Positions 48,872 through 58,143 of a stretch of 64,000 nucleotides of DNA are shown one piece after another. Every line of letters starts with the position of its first letter. The stretch's first letter is position 1. The notes under the pieces are model-generated. The model saw only the letters and a list, made by a program, of their open reading frames with translations, was not told the DNA's origin and did no database searches. The translations under genes and the position numbers were made by a program. Where the stretch lies: assembly GCA_963675665.1 (NCBI GenBank), contig OY776510.1:1824001-1888000 (forward strand). Direction: 5' to 3'. The DNA comes from Spirochaetia bacterium (GTDB lineage Bacteria; Spirochaetota; Spirochaetia; UBA9216).

Positions 48872-49678
48872 ATGAGTGATTTAACGGAGAAAAAAGCGTT
48901 TATTTGCGATATGGACGGTGTTATCTATCATGGTAACAAATTGCTTCCGGGTGTAAAGGAATTTGTAAACTGGCTCAGAAAAGAAGACAAGAAATTTCTT
49001 TTTCTGACGAACGGAAGTCAGCGTTCACCTCTTGAGCTGCAGCAGAAGCTTTCCAGGCTTGGCGTTGTAGTTGAGAAAGAGCATTTCTACACAAGCGCTC
49101 TTGCTACGGCAGGGTTCCTTGCGCAGCAGCAGCCGGGCGGCTCTGCCTTTGTAATAGGCGAAGCCGGTCTTATAAATGCCCTCTATGATGCCGGAATGAC
49201 GATGAATGATGTAAATCCTGATTACGTAGTTGTCGGAGAGTCCAAAACATATAATATGGACATGCTTGAACATGCTGTTAATCTTGTTATAGGCGGGGCT
49301 AAACTGGTTGGGACCAATCCTGATCTTACCGGTCCTATTGAAAACGGAATAGCTCCGGCAACCGGGGCGCTGATGGCGCCGATAGAGCTTGCCACAGGCA
49401 ATAAGGCCTACTATATCGGCAAGCCCAATCCGCTGATGATGCGGCAGGCTCTCAAGCGTCTTGAAACCAAACGTGAAGATACGGTAATAGTCGGCGACAG
49501 GATGGATACCGATATAGTATCGGGAATCGAATCCGAAATAGAAACAGTTCTTGTTTTGAGCGGCGTTACTGATGAAACCGAGATGAATCGGTTTGCCTAC
49601 AGGCCCGGTTATATTTTCAGCGGTGTGGGTGATATCCCCAATGCAGGGGCCAAAGAACACCCTGTTGCGAATAAATAA
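48872..49678 (+). CDS. HAD-IIA hydrolase (NagD-like)
   Basis: DMDGV, LTN, TNPD, GKPNP, GDRMDTDI. Confidence 0.92.
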   Translation: MSDLTEKKAFICDMDGVIYHGNKLLPGVKEFVNWLRKEDKKFLFLTNGSQRSPLELQQKLSRLGVVVEKEHFYTSALATAGFLAQQQPGGSAFVIGEAGLINALYDAGMTMNDVNPDYVVVGESKTYNMDMLEHAVNLVIGGAKLVGTNPDLTGPIENGIAPATGALMAPIELATGNKAYYIGKPNPLMMRQALKRLETKREDTVIVGDRMDTDIVSGIESEIETVLVLSGVTDETEMNRFAYRPGYIFSGVGDIPNAGAKEHPVANK

Positions 49679-49695
49679 AAGGCAAGCGGGGCGCA

Positions 49696-50490
49696 ATGAT
49701 TCTCAATTATAAGGAATATGGCTCAGACCGCTTTCGGGCGGTCTTTTTTCTTCATGGTTTGCTCGGAAGTTCTGATAACTGGGGTTCAACCTGCAGGGCG
49801 CTTTCAGAATATGGTTTTCGCTGTATTGCTGTTGACCAGCGCAATCACGGCTCATCTCCGCACAGCCCGGAAATGAATTACCCGCTGATGGCCGAAGATC
49901 TTGTAAAACTTGCAGATGCGCTGAAGCTGGAACGGTTCAGCGTTGCGGGCCATTCAATGGGCGGCAAGACTGCAATGGAAGCGGCTCTTGGTTATCCGGA
50001 CAGGATTGATTCGGTTATTGTGGCCGATATTGCGCCGATTCAATACAAACCGGCATATATCGATTATATTGATTCATTAAAACAGATTGATTTAAGCGGA
50101 ATAAAACGGCGGTCAGACGCAGATTCACTTCTGGCGGAATATGTACCCGACAGGCACTTAAGGATGTTTTTTCTTACCAACCTGAGAAGGTCGGATGACG
50201 GACGGTTTAAATGGCGGATAAATATTGACGGGATAACCGGAAATTATGAGAATATCTGGCAGGCTGTTGACGGCGGCAGGGTTTATAACGGTCCTGTTTT
50301 GTTTATAAAGGGAGGCAATTCCGGTTTTATCCAGGATAAGAACAGGGACATAATCAGGCAGCTTTTCCCGTCGTATACTATTAAGGTGATCGACGGGGCC
50401 GGACACTGGATTCATTCCGAAAAGCCGGCAGAATTCAGAGAGGAAGTCAGGAGGTTTCTGGCTGACACTTTGCAGATTTCTGAATCATGA
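49696..50490 (+). CDS. Alpha/beta hydrolase (YbfF/ABHD11-like esterase)
   Basis: HGLLGS, DQRNHG, GHSMGG, GHWIH. Confidence 0.92.
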   Translation: MILNYKEYGSDRFRAVFFLHGLLGSSDNWGSTCRALSEYGFRCIAVDQRNHGSSPHSPEMNYPLMAEDLVKLADALKLERFSVAGHSMGGKTAMEAALGYPDRIDSVIVADIAPIQYKPAYIDYIDSLKQIDLSGIKRRSDADSLLAEYVPDRHLRMFFLTNLRRSDDGRFKWRINIDGITGNYENIWQAVDGGRVYNGPVLFIKGGNSGFIQDKNRDIIRQLFPSYTIKVIDGAGHWIHSEKPAEFREEVRRFLADTLQISES

Positions 50491-50538
50491 CCCGGCTGTG
50501 CTTTATTAAAACCGTATAAAAATGTAAGATGTCCCGGT

Positions 50539-52158
50539 ATGAGCGAGTTCATTTATCAGGAAATCTTCGAACATGCAACACCTGAATGTGAATACAGGCT
50601 GCTTGCGAATAAGTTTGTAACAACGTTTACGGCTGCCGGGCGGACTATTCTGTCTGTTGAGCCGGAAGGGCTGAGTTTTCTTGCCGAACAGGCCGTAAGA
50701 GAGATTTCTTATCTGCTGCGGACTTCTCATCTTGAGGGTCTTCAAAAAATTATTGAAGATCCGGAGTCTTCGGAAAATGATGTTTATATTGCCGAAACCC
50801 TTCTTGAGAATGCAGTTATATCGGCTGAAATGGAGTATCCGGGATGCCAGGACACCGGGACGGCAATCGTGGTAGCCCACAAAGGCGAGAACGTTTATAC
50901 CGGGACCGATGATGCCGAAGCTCTCAGCCGGGGAATTTATCAGGCTTATCAGGGAAATAATCTCCGTTTTTCACAGACCGTTCCCCTTTCAATGTACGAA
51001 GAAGTCAACTCCGGAACAAATCTTCCGGCCCAGATTGATATTGCCGCTGTACCGGGCGGAAGCTATGAGTTTCTGTTTATTACCAAGGGCGGCGGTTCTG
51101 CAAACAAGACCTTTTTGTTTCAGGAGACAAAAGCCCTGCTCGAACCCGACAGGCTCAGGGTTTTTCTGGCGGAAAAGATTGCCTCAATCGGCACCTCAGC
51201 CTGTCCGCCGTATCATCTTGCAGTTGTGATAGGGGGAACATCCCCGGAAATGAACCTGAAGACTGTTAAACTTGCTTCAGCGAAATATTATGATAACCTG
51301 CCCGAAAACGGGAACCGGTACGGCCGCGCGTTTCGCGACAGGCATCTTGAAGCGGATATTCTTGAAATGACCCGCAGCCTGGGAATAGGGGCGCAGTTCG
51401 GTGGAAAGTATTTCTGCCATGATGTAAGGGTTATACGGTTGCCGAGGCACGGAGCCTCCTGTTCGGTTGGGATAGGAGTAAGCTGCAGCGCCGACCGTAA
51501 TATCAGGGCAAAGATTACAGCCGACGGTATCTTCCTCGAAAAGCTTGAGACCGACCCTTCGAGATTTCTTAAAACTTCAGCCGGCAGGAAGCCGGGAAAG
51601 AAAATCGGCGAAGCGGTCGGAATTGATCTGTCGGCAGGGATGGAAGAATTGCGCCGGACGTTAAGCCGGTATCCGGTCAAAACAAGGGTAATGCTCAGCG
51701 GAAAGATTATTGTAGCCCGCGATATTGCACACGCAAAGCTTTATGAACGGCTTAAAAAAGGGGAAGGGGTGCCTGAATATTTTAAGGAGCATATCATTTA
51801 CTACGCCGGTCCCGCGAAAACCCCGGAAGGCAGGGCTTCAGGTTCCCTGGGACCTACTACCGCCGGCCGTATGGATCCATATGTTCCGGAGTTTCAGAAA
51901 GAAGGCGCGTCCCTTGTTATGCTTGCAAAGGGCAACCGGTCGCAGGCGGTTGTTGATTCCTGCCGGAAATACGGCGGTTTTTACCTGGGTTCTGTCGGAG
52001 GCGCCGCGGCAATCCTGGGTCGTGATTGTGTGACCTCATCCGAAGTCGTTGAGTTTCCCGAGCTCGGAATGGAGGCGGTTTACATGATTACCGTGAGAGA
52101 CCTGCCTGCGTTTATTCTGATAGACGATAAGGGAAATGATTTTTTCCCGCTATTATAG
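50539..52158 (+). CDS. Fumarate hydratase class I (Fe-S, fused alpha/beta)
   Basis: [40 protein letters not shown]. Confidence 0.95.
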   Translation: MSEFIYQEIFEHATPECEYRLLANKFVTTFTAAGRTILSVEPEGLSFLAEQAVREISYLLRTSHLEGLQKIIEDPESSENDVYIAETLLENAVISAEMEYPGCQDTGTAIVVAHKGENVYTGTDDAEALSRGIYQAYQGNNLRFSQTVPLSMYEEVNSGTNLPAQIDIAAVPGGSYEFLFITKGGGSANKTFLFQETKALLEPDRLRVFLAEKIASIGTSACPPYHLAVVIGGTSPEMNLKTVKLASAKYYDNLPENGNRYGRAFRDRHLEADILEMTRSLGIGAQFGGKYFCHDVRVIRLPRHGASCSVGIGVSCSADRNIRAKITADGIFLEKLETDPSRFLKTSAGRKPGKKIGEAVGIDLSAGMEELRRTLSRYPVKTRVMLSGKIIVARDIAHAKLYERLKKGEGVPEYFKEHIIYYAGPAKTPEGRASGSLGPTTAGRMDPYVPEFQKEGASLVMLAKGNRSQAVVDSCRKYGGFYLGSVGGAAAILGRDCVTSSEVVEFPELGMEAVYMITVRDLPAFILIDDKGNDFFPLL

Positions 52159-52169
52159 GTCCCTTTGAA

Positions 52170-52979
52170 TTAGAATCCCCGTAACTCAGTACTGCTTCTT
52201 ACCGGCAGGCCTTCTTTTGGTGTTCTTTTCAGAATCAGGTACTGAAGGTTGTATTTTTCACAGAACTCACGTTTTTCGGGTTTGTCACCGTCTTCGTTGA
52301 CTGCATAGATGTCCGGTTTCAGGATTTTTATTTCAGGTTCGGCATCCATCCATCCGCTGCCGGTTGAAATACAGGCGCCCTTTACGTACTTTATGGACTG
52401 AACAATGAAAAGACGTTCGTCTTCGCTGTAATGCGGATGTCCTTCTCCCTTTAGCATCTCAACATTCCTGTCGCTGCCTATTATTACATACAGCTCTCCG
52501 TATTCAGAGACTTCTTCAAAAAACCTGATGTGGCCGGTATGAAAATAATCATAACATCCGGTAACGACGATTTTTTTCCCGTCGCTGTCAGGCAGATGTT
52601 CAGCGTATTTATTCAATTTGAAATCCGAATGGCCGGCAGCGACAAGTGCAGGTCCGTTATCTCTGCAGTATGCTTTTTTTGAATCGTTCTGATCTTCCGG
52701 AAAAACAAGCCAGTAATCAGCAGCACCGGCTTCTTCCGGTAACCGATCCGGGTCGAACGCGGTATTTACCGTGATTACGGTATCAATGTATTTTATTGAT
52801 TCCGTAAAGTACAATCGTTCCTGCAGATTGAACCTGGGATATGCGCCGTATACGTTTTTATGCATTTCATCGGGCCACAGAACAAGATTTACAGAGCCGT
52901 ATTCAGCGGCAGTTCTAAGAAAAGCAATATGAGAAGTTCTGATATCATCGAAGCTGCCTGAAACAATAACCTTTTTCAC
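52170..52979 (-). CDS. Protein with two tandem cytidylyltransferase-like (HIGH-superfamily) domains
   Basis: Domain 1 VSGSFDDIRTSH (degenerate); domain 2 VTGCYDYFHTGH, ER, C-terminal SST. Confidence 0.82.
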   Translation of the reverse strand: MKKVIVSGSFDDIRTSHIAFLRTAAEYGSVNLVLWPDEMHKNVYGAYPRFNLQERLYFTESIKYIDTVITVNTAFDPDRLPEEAGAADYWLVFPEDQNDSKKAYCRDNGPALVAAGHSDFKLNKYAEHLPDSDGKKIVVTGCYDYFHTGHIRFFEEVSEYGELYVIIGSDRNVEMLKGEGHPHYSEDERLFIVQSIKYVKGACISTGSGWMDAEPEIKILKPDIYAVNEDGDKPEKREFCEKYNLQYLILKRTPKEGLPVRSSTELRGF

Positions 52980-53746
52980 AATCTGACCTTTATCCTTATT
53001 CCGCCCGGAACATCCTGTTCCGAAACAACATACAGGTATCCGCCGCCGCAGCCCGAATACATTGCACCGTCATACCGTTCCTGGTAATGCCTCATTACTT
53101 TTTTCAGATCTACTTTCAGTGTCTGGTGAAGAACGGTTCCCGGCAGGATTTTTTCCCAGCATTCCATGCAGGTGTTCATTGATGCACCGAGCGCTTTTGA
53201 GTCCATATTTATTATGGCGTCAAAGCAGTCCCTGCCTGTCTGTCCCAGCCGGCGGACATCTTCAGGTTCGAGGTTCCTGGTTTCAAGCGGATTATACCCT
53301 TCAGGCCGCTGTGCGACAGGAACCAGACTGATGTTTCTTTCAAGCCATTCAGCTGTTTCCTGTCCGGTGTTCGATTCGATATGAAAAGGAAAATAACCGC
53401 CTTCATGCTCAATGGAATAGTCAAGCCTGCTTATTCCCGGGTAGATGATTCCTACCATATCCTGTGAACCCGACGGCGCCGGAAGATCCTTGTTTTCTTC
53501 ATTGTATAATTCGCGTGTCAGTCGGCCGTAATCTTCATCAGGAATTTTTCCGTTCCAGATCCGCTGGGCAACTTTCCGTGAGCTGGTGGCCATCCCGCAT
53601 CTGTCCATCAGCCTGAATTGCGGTTGAATGCTTACTACGACCATTGATCCGAAAGAGTCGGGGTTTACGGCGGAAACAAACGGCTGATCGATCCAGCCGC
53701 CTGCAAACGCCATTCGGTAGGGAATCATGCCGATTGCATCAGTCAT
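52976..53746 (-). CDS. Short GHMP-superfamily kinase-like protein
   Basis: PYRMAFAGGWID, GMATS, GSQD, SGCGGG. Confidence 0.7.
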   Translation of the reverse strand: MTDAIGMIPYRMAFAGGWIDQPFVSAVNPDSFGSMVVVSIQPQFRLMDRCGMATSSRKVAQRIWNGKIPDEDYGRLTRELYNEENKDLPAPSGSQDMVGIIYPGISRLDYSIEHEGGYFPFHIESNTGQETAEWLERNISLVPVAQRPEGYNPLETRNLEPEDVRRLGQTGRDCFDAIINMDSKALGASMNTCMECWEKILPGTVLHQTLKVDLKKVMRHYQERYDGAMYSGCGGGYLYVVSEQDVPGGIRIKVRL

Positions 53747-53748
53747 TT

Positions 53749-54756
53749 TCAGCTGACGGTCCTTTTTCCGGCTTTACGGTCGCTGTACTGCTGTTTGATC
53801 CATCTGTATGTCTTTGCAATCCCTTCGGCCAGCGGGGTTGACGGCTCCCAGTTCAGGACGGATTTGATGAATGTATTATCCGAGTTTCTGCCTGCAACGC
53901 CTTTGGGTGCGTCCGGGTTATATGTTCTTTTCACTTTGAAATCGGCAACTTTTTCCACGGTGTCAACAAGCTCGTTTACCGAAACAAGCTCGGATGAGCC
54001 GAGGTTGATCGGTGTGGCTATGAGATCATCACAGTGGGTGATTATATCTATGCCCTTTGTACAGTCGTCGATATACATGTATGAACGGGTTTGAGATCCG
54101 TCGCCCCAGATTTCCATTTCACCGGTTCCGCTGTCCCGGGCTTCAATAACCTTGCGGCACATTGCTGCGGGAGCCTTTTCACGTCCGCCGTCCCAGGTTC
54201 CGTAGGGTCCGTAAACATTGTGGAATCTTGCAATAAAGGTTTTCATTCCCCTCTCTGCAGCATATTCCTCGCAGAACATCTCTGAAAGAAGTTTTTCCCA
54301 TCCGTATCCACGTTCAGCCATAGCCGGATAAGCATCGGATTCCTTAAGAGCTATAACATCAGGGTTTTTCTGCAAATCAGTGTTATAGGCACAGGCTGAT
54401 GATGAAAAGAAATATCTGCCGACTCCCGCATTGTATGCTGCTTCAATCATATTTGTGTTTATAAGAATTGAACGCAGGCATTCCACACGGTTTTTTTCGA
54501 TAAATCCCATTCCGCCCATATCTGCAGCCAGGTTGTAAACCTCTTTTGCATTTTCAACCGCACGGACGCAGTTTTGGTACTCGCTTACATCAAGGCAGAG
54601 GCTTTCGGCTCCTTCTACAACCTGGTACCACTGGTAGAGGGGTTTCTTGTCAACCGCCCTCAGATTGGTAAAGCCTTTTTCCGTGAAATATCTTACAAGC
54701 GCACCGGCAATAAACCCGCCCGCGCCGGTAACAACAATCAAGTCATCTTTCTTCAT
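53749..54756 (-). CDS. GDP-mannose 3,5-epimerase-like NAD-dependent epimerase
   Basis: GAGGFIA, NLAADMGGMGFI, SSAC, YGWEK, RFHNVYGP.GTW.GGREKAPAA.CRK, WGDG.QTRS; these match motifs of plant GME. Confidence 0.85.
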   Translation of the reverse strand: MKKDDLIVVTGAGGFIAGALVRYFTEKGFTNLRAVDKKPLYQWYQVVEGAESLCLDVSEYQNCVRAVENAKEVYNLAADMGGMGFIEKNRVECLRSILINTNMIEAAYNAGVGRYFFSSSACAYNTDLQKNPDVIALKESDAYPAMAERGYGWEKLLSEMFCEEYAAERGMKTFIARFHNVYGPYGTWDGGREKAPAAMCRKVIEARDSGTGEMEIWGDGSQTRSYMYIDDCTKGIDIITHCDDLIATPINLGSSELVSVNELVDTVEKVADFKVKRTYNPDAPKGVAGRNSDNTFIKSVLNWEPSTPLAEGIAKTYRWIKQQYSDRKAGKRTVS

Positions 54757-54836
54757 AATTGTCCTCCATAATAAATACATCATAGAGCCGGGATTGCTTG
54801 ATAACAATGCTCAAAAAGCGTAGTATTTATAATGAA

Positions 54837-55970
54837 ATGCGCAATATAGCTCTCTGTATGGGAATTAATGATCACTATGAACACGGAATAGCCCGCGGTG
54901 TTGTTCGCTTCGCAAAAGAGAGAGGCTGGAAACTGTCGGGTTACGGATGGATGTTCGGCAGTCTTGACGATATAACCGAATGGAAAGGAGACGGAATTAT
55001 TACCAGAATCGAGTTTGCCGGTGATGCCGATCTTTTCGGCAGTCTTGATATTCCGGTTATTGATGTTGCTGGTGCATACAGCCGAAGATCTTTTCACCAG
55101 GTCAGCAATGATGACTTTATGACGGGGAAGAAAGCCGGCATTCACCTGTCGGAACGCGGATTCATTCATTATGCTTACTGCGGTGTCGAAAATGTCGGCT
55201 GGTCTCAAAAGCGCAAGGAGGGGTTCGTCGCCGGTATCGGAAAGAGCTCTTTCCCGGTTTTTGAACGCAGCCTTGAGTGGTGGGAGCAGTTTGACCGGTC
55301 AGATTCGCTTAACGATTGGCTTAAATCGCTTCCCATCTCGGGCGCTGTGTTTGCATGCAACGATACCGCCGGTGTGAAAGTCACATCGGTTTGCCGAAGC
55401 CTCGGTATATCTGTTCCGGAAGAACTGGCCATTTTGGGTGTGGATAATGAAGATATCCTCTGTGAGCTGGCGGCACCGTCCTTGTCCAGCGTACAGCTTG
55501 ACTGCGAACAAATCGGCTACAGGGCAGCCGGGCTGCTTGATACGTTGCTTCACAGGAAAAATCCTGTTCGGTCTTATACTTCCGAAATTCTTGTCATGCC
55601 GAAAGGAATCATGGAGCGTGAATCAACAAGGATTTTTGTCAGCCGTGATCAGCTTGTTCAAAGCGCCGTCAACCTGATAAGAACCGATGTAAGTTCCGGA
55701 ATCACAGTATCTGAACTGGCGGACAGAATGGCTGTCTCCCGCAGAACACTGGAAACACGTTTCAGGAAGATTCTGAAGACAAGTGTTCATGATGAGATAG
55801 TTTCGGCACGACTGTCTTTTGCCGAAAAGCTTCTAATAAGTACCGACGCCACTGTTGAATCAGTCGCATCCGATTCGGGTTATAATTCCATGCAGCGGTT
55901 TCATGCAGGGTTCAGGTCAAGGCACGGAATGACGCCGGGAGAATACAGGAAAAAGTATCGGCGGGGATAA
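54837..55970 (+). CDS. XylR-type regulator (LacI-like sensor plus AraC HTH)
   Basis: FACND, VPEELAILGVDN, LSSV, SRRTLE.RF, C-terminal GMTPGEYR; start could be 54798-54837. Confidence 0.88.
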   Translation: MRNIALCMGINDHYEHGIARGVVRFAKERGWKLSGYGWMFGSLDDITEWKGDGIITRIEFAGDADLFGSLDIPVIDVAGAYSRRSFHQVSNDDFMTGKKAGIHLSERGFIHYAYCGVENVGWSQKRKEGFVAGIGKSSFPVFERSLEWWEQFDRSDSLNDWLKSLPISGAVFACNDTAGVKVTSVCRSLGISVPEELAILGVDNEDILCELAAPSLSSVQLDCEQIGYRAAGLLDTLLHRKNPVRSYTSEILVMPKGIMERESTRIFVSRDQLVQSAVNLIRTDVSSGITVSELADRMAVSRRTLETRFRKILKTSVHDEIVSARLSFAEKLLISTDATVESVASDSGYNSMQRFHAGFRSRHGMTPGEYRKKYRRG

Positions 55971-55993
55971 TATACGGATTCATAAAGAATATA

Positions 55994-56467
55994 TCATAGA
56001 GAATCTGAGCCGGGAGACCCTTCAGTTCCCCACTCATATGTACGTTTGAGATAGTTCATTACTACAGAGGAGTCGGCTCTTAGTACTCCTCTTATATTAT
56101 ATATTTTTTTAAATATTAAATCTTCCATCTCCTGAAGCGATCTTACGTTGAACTCAACATCCAGATCATGGGCGCCGGTAGTGACTGCTATATACCAAAT
56201 TTCTTTAATCTGCTTGATTTCATTAATAACGCTATCTGCATAATACGGATCCAGCTGCACTTTTATTAATCCGGATATGGGAAATCCCAGCTTGATAGGG
56301 TCGCACACGGCTACAATCTGAAAAACCTTGTTGTCTTTCAGGATCTGAACCCTTTTCCGGATTGTTGTTTCCGATACTCCGATTTTTTCAGCTATTGTTT
56401 TAAACGGCAGTCTGCCGTCCTGCTGCAGTAATTTGATTATCTCGGTATCAATTTTATCAATTTCCAA
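55994..56467 (-). CDS. Lrp/AsnC family regulator
   Basis: D.ID..II..LQ.DGR, IAEKIGVSE.T, TTGAHD; TTG start after SD CAGGAG. Confidence 0.93.
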   Translation of the reverse strand: MEIDKIDTEIIKLLQQDGRLPFKTIAEKIGVSETTIRKRVQILKDNKVFQIVAVCDPIKLGFPISGLIKVQLDPYYADSVINEIKQIKEIWYIAVTTGAHDLDVEFNVRSLQEMEDLIFKKIYNIRGVLRADSSVVMNYLKRTYEWGTEGSPGSDSL

Positions 56468-56576
56468 AACGCAGCTCCTGTTTTTGTCTCATTAACAATA
56501 TACTTGCATAACCTTCCATGTTCAAGATTCAGGGCTGTTTTAAGAAGTTAATTTGATATGGATTAAATATATAAGT

Positions 56577-56647
56577 CGTAAAACAAATAAATATATCAAA
56601 ATAAAACGTAAAACAAACTAAAAAGGCAAAAAAAAGCGAAATACAAA
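56577..56647. promoter_or_regulatory. Three direct repeats at 30-bp spacing (putative Lrp/FFRP sites)
   Basis: CGTAAAACAAA at 56577 and 56607, CGAAATACAAA at 56637. Confidence 0.65.
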
Positions 56648-56656
56648 CATTTTTTC

Positions 56657-56685
56657 TTGACATAAGAAAATTTTGACCTTACCAT
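56657..56685 (+). promoter_or_regulatory. Sigma70 promoter of the NhaC/dehydrogenase operon
   Basis: TTGACA-17 bp-TACCAT. Confidence 0.7.
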
Positions 56686-56721
56686 AAATGAAATTCATAT
56701 ATTTGGAGGGTAGAAATTAGT

Positions 56722-58092
56722 ATGGATCATTATGGAATTCTTTCCCTGGTTCCGGCGATAGTAATAATACTGTTCGCACTGAAAACACGGAAAACATTTG
56801 AGGCTCTGCTTCTTGGATCGGTTATAGCGTATATAATCATCCATGGGTTCAGGTTTTTCATGCCGTGGCTGAACAAGCTGCTGGAGGTTTGCTCCGACGG
56901 TGATACAGCCTGGTATGTAATAGCTTTCGGCCTGTTCGGAGCTTTTCTTGCGCTTGCGGAAGAATCGAGAGGTTCATTTGCATTCTCAAAACTGTTGCTG
57001 AAATGGTGCAGGAACCAGAGACGAAGTCTCATCTCAACTTTTATAATCGGCGTTGTACTGTTTGTTGATGATTACCTTGATTCAATTACCTCAGGGGCCG
57101 TCATGAAACCCATCTGCGACAAGAACAAGCTTCCCCGTGAATCAATGGCTTATGTTATCGATTCAACAGCAGCCCCCATGTGCGTAATTGTACCGATCTC
57201 AACCTGGGTTATTTTTTATTCGGGTGTATTCGGCAACGACGAATCTTTTGCGCACCTCGGTTCCGGGATGGAAATATATCTTAAGGCCTTGCCGTTTATC
57301 TTTTATGCATGGATAGCCCTGGTAATTGTTTTTCTTTTCTCGATGCAGATTATTCCGCCGATCGGTCCAATGAAAAAGGCCTACCAGAGGGTTAAGGATA
57401 CCGGTAAAACATTTTCGGATCGCAGCATTGAACTGAATGCTGAAACTGAAGAGGTTAATCTTGATGAAATCAACACAGTTAAGGGTGTAATAAACTTCCT
57501 GGCCCCGCTGGCTCTTCTTGTTGTTGTTACCTTACTTACTGAAGATATACTTGTTGCTGTTATAGCGGCAGTAGCATTACAGTTTGTTTTATACGTACCT
57601 ACTAAAACCATAGGGTTTGATCACTTTTTTAAATCTGTAGTGAAGGGTTTTCAGAACATGCTGCCGATGATCTTCATTCTTGTCGGTGCATTTATGGTGC
57701 AGGCAACTTCAAAGGAAATAGGTCTGGCGAATTTTGTAGTTGAGAAACTTGAACCCATAATGGGTGCAAACATATTCCCTGCGATAACGTTTCTGGCCGT
57801 TTCCGTTGTCTCCTTCATTACAGGCAGCAACTGGGGTGTTCCGGCCCTTATGGTACCGATAATATTTCCTCTTGCCATCGCTGTCGGCGCAAATCCTTAC
57901 CTTACGGCAGCGGCTATAGTCGGCGGAGGAACTTTCAGCAGTCATATATGTTTCTATTCAGATGCGACTGTTCTTACTTCCATAGCATCAGGCTGCGATA
58001 ACATGGATCACGCGTTGACGCAGGCTCCGTACGGTTTTATAGGTGCGGCAGTTACCTTCGTATTAACCCTGATTCTGGGATTTATTTTGTAA
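56722..58092 (+). CDS. NhaC-family (Na+/H+ antiporter-like, probable amino acid/amine) transporter
   Basis: FVDDY, AYVIDSTAAP, PISTW, TGSNWG, SDATVL..S, DHALTQ. Confidence 0.85.
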   Translation: MDHYGILSLVPAIVIILFALKTRKTFEALLLGSVIAYIIIHGFRFFMPWLNKLLEVCSDGDTAWYVIAFGLFGAFLALAEESRGSFAFSKLLLKWCRNQRRSLISTFIIGVVLFVDDYLDSITSGAVMKPICDKNKLPRESMAYVIDSTAAPMCVIVPISTWVIFYSGVFGNDESFAHLGSGMEIYLKALPFIFYAWIALVIVFLFSMQIIPPIGPMKKAYQRVKDTGKTFSDRSIELNAETEEVNLDEINTVKGVINFLAPLALLVVVTLLTEDILVAVIAAVALQFVLYVPTKTIGFDHFFKSVVKGFQNMLPMIFILVGAFMVQATSKEIGLANFVVEKLEPIMGANIFPAITFLAVSVVSFITGSNWGVPALMVPIIFPLAIAVGANPYLTAAAIVGGGTFSSHICFYSDATVLTSIASGCDNMDHALTQAPYGFIGAAVTFVLTLILGFIL

Positions 58093-58143
58093 TCATTTAC
58101 GGCTGCCGGGAGGGTATTCCCGGCGGCTTACAAGAGGTTTTTT

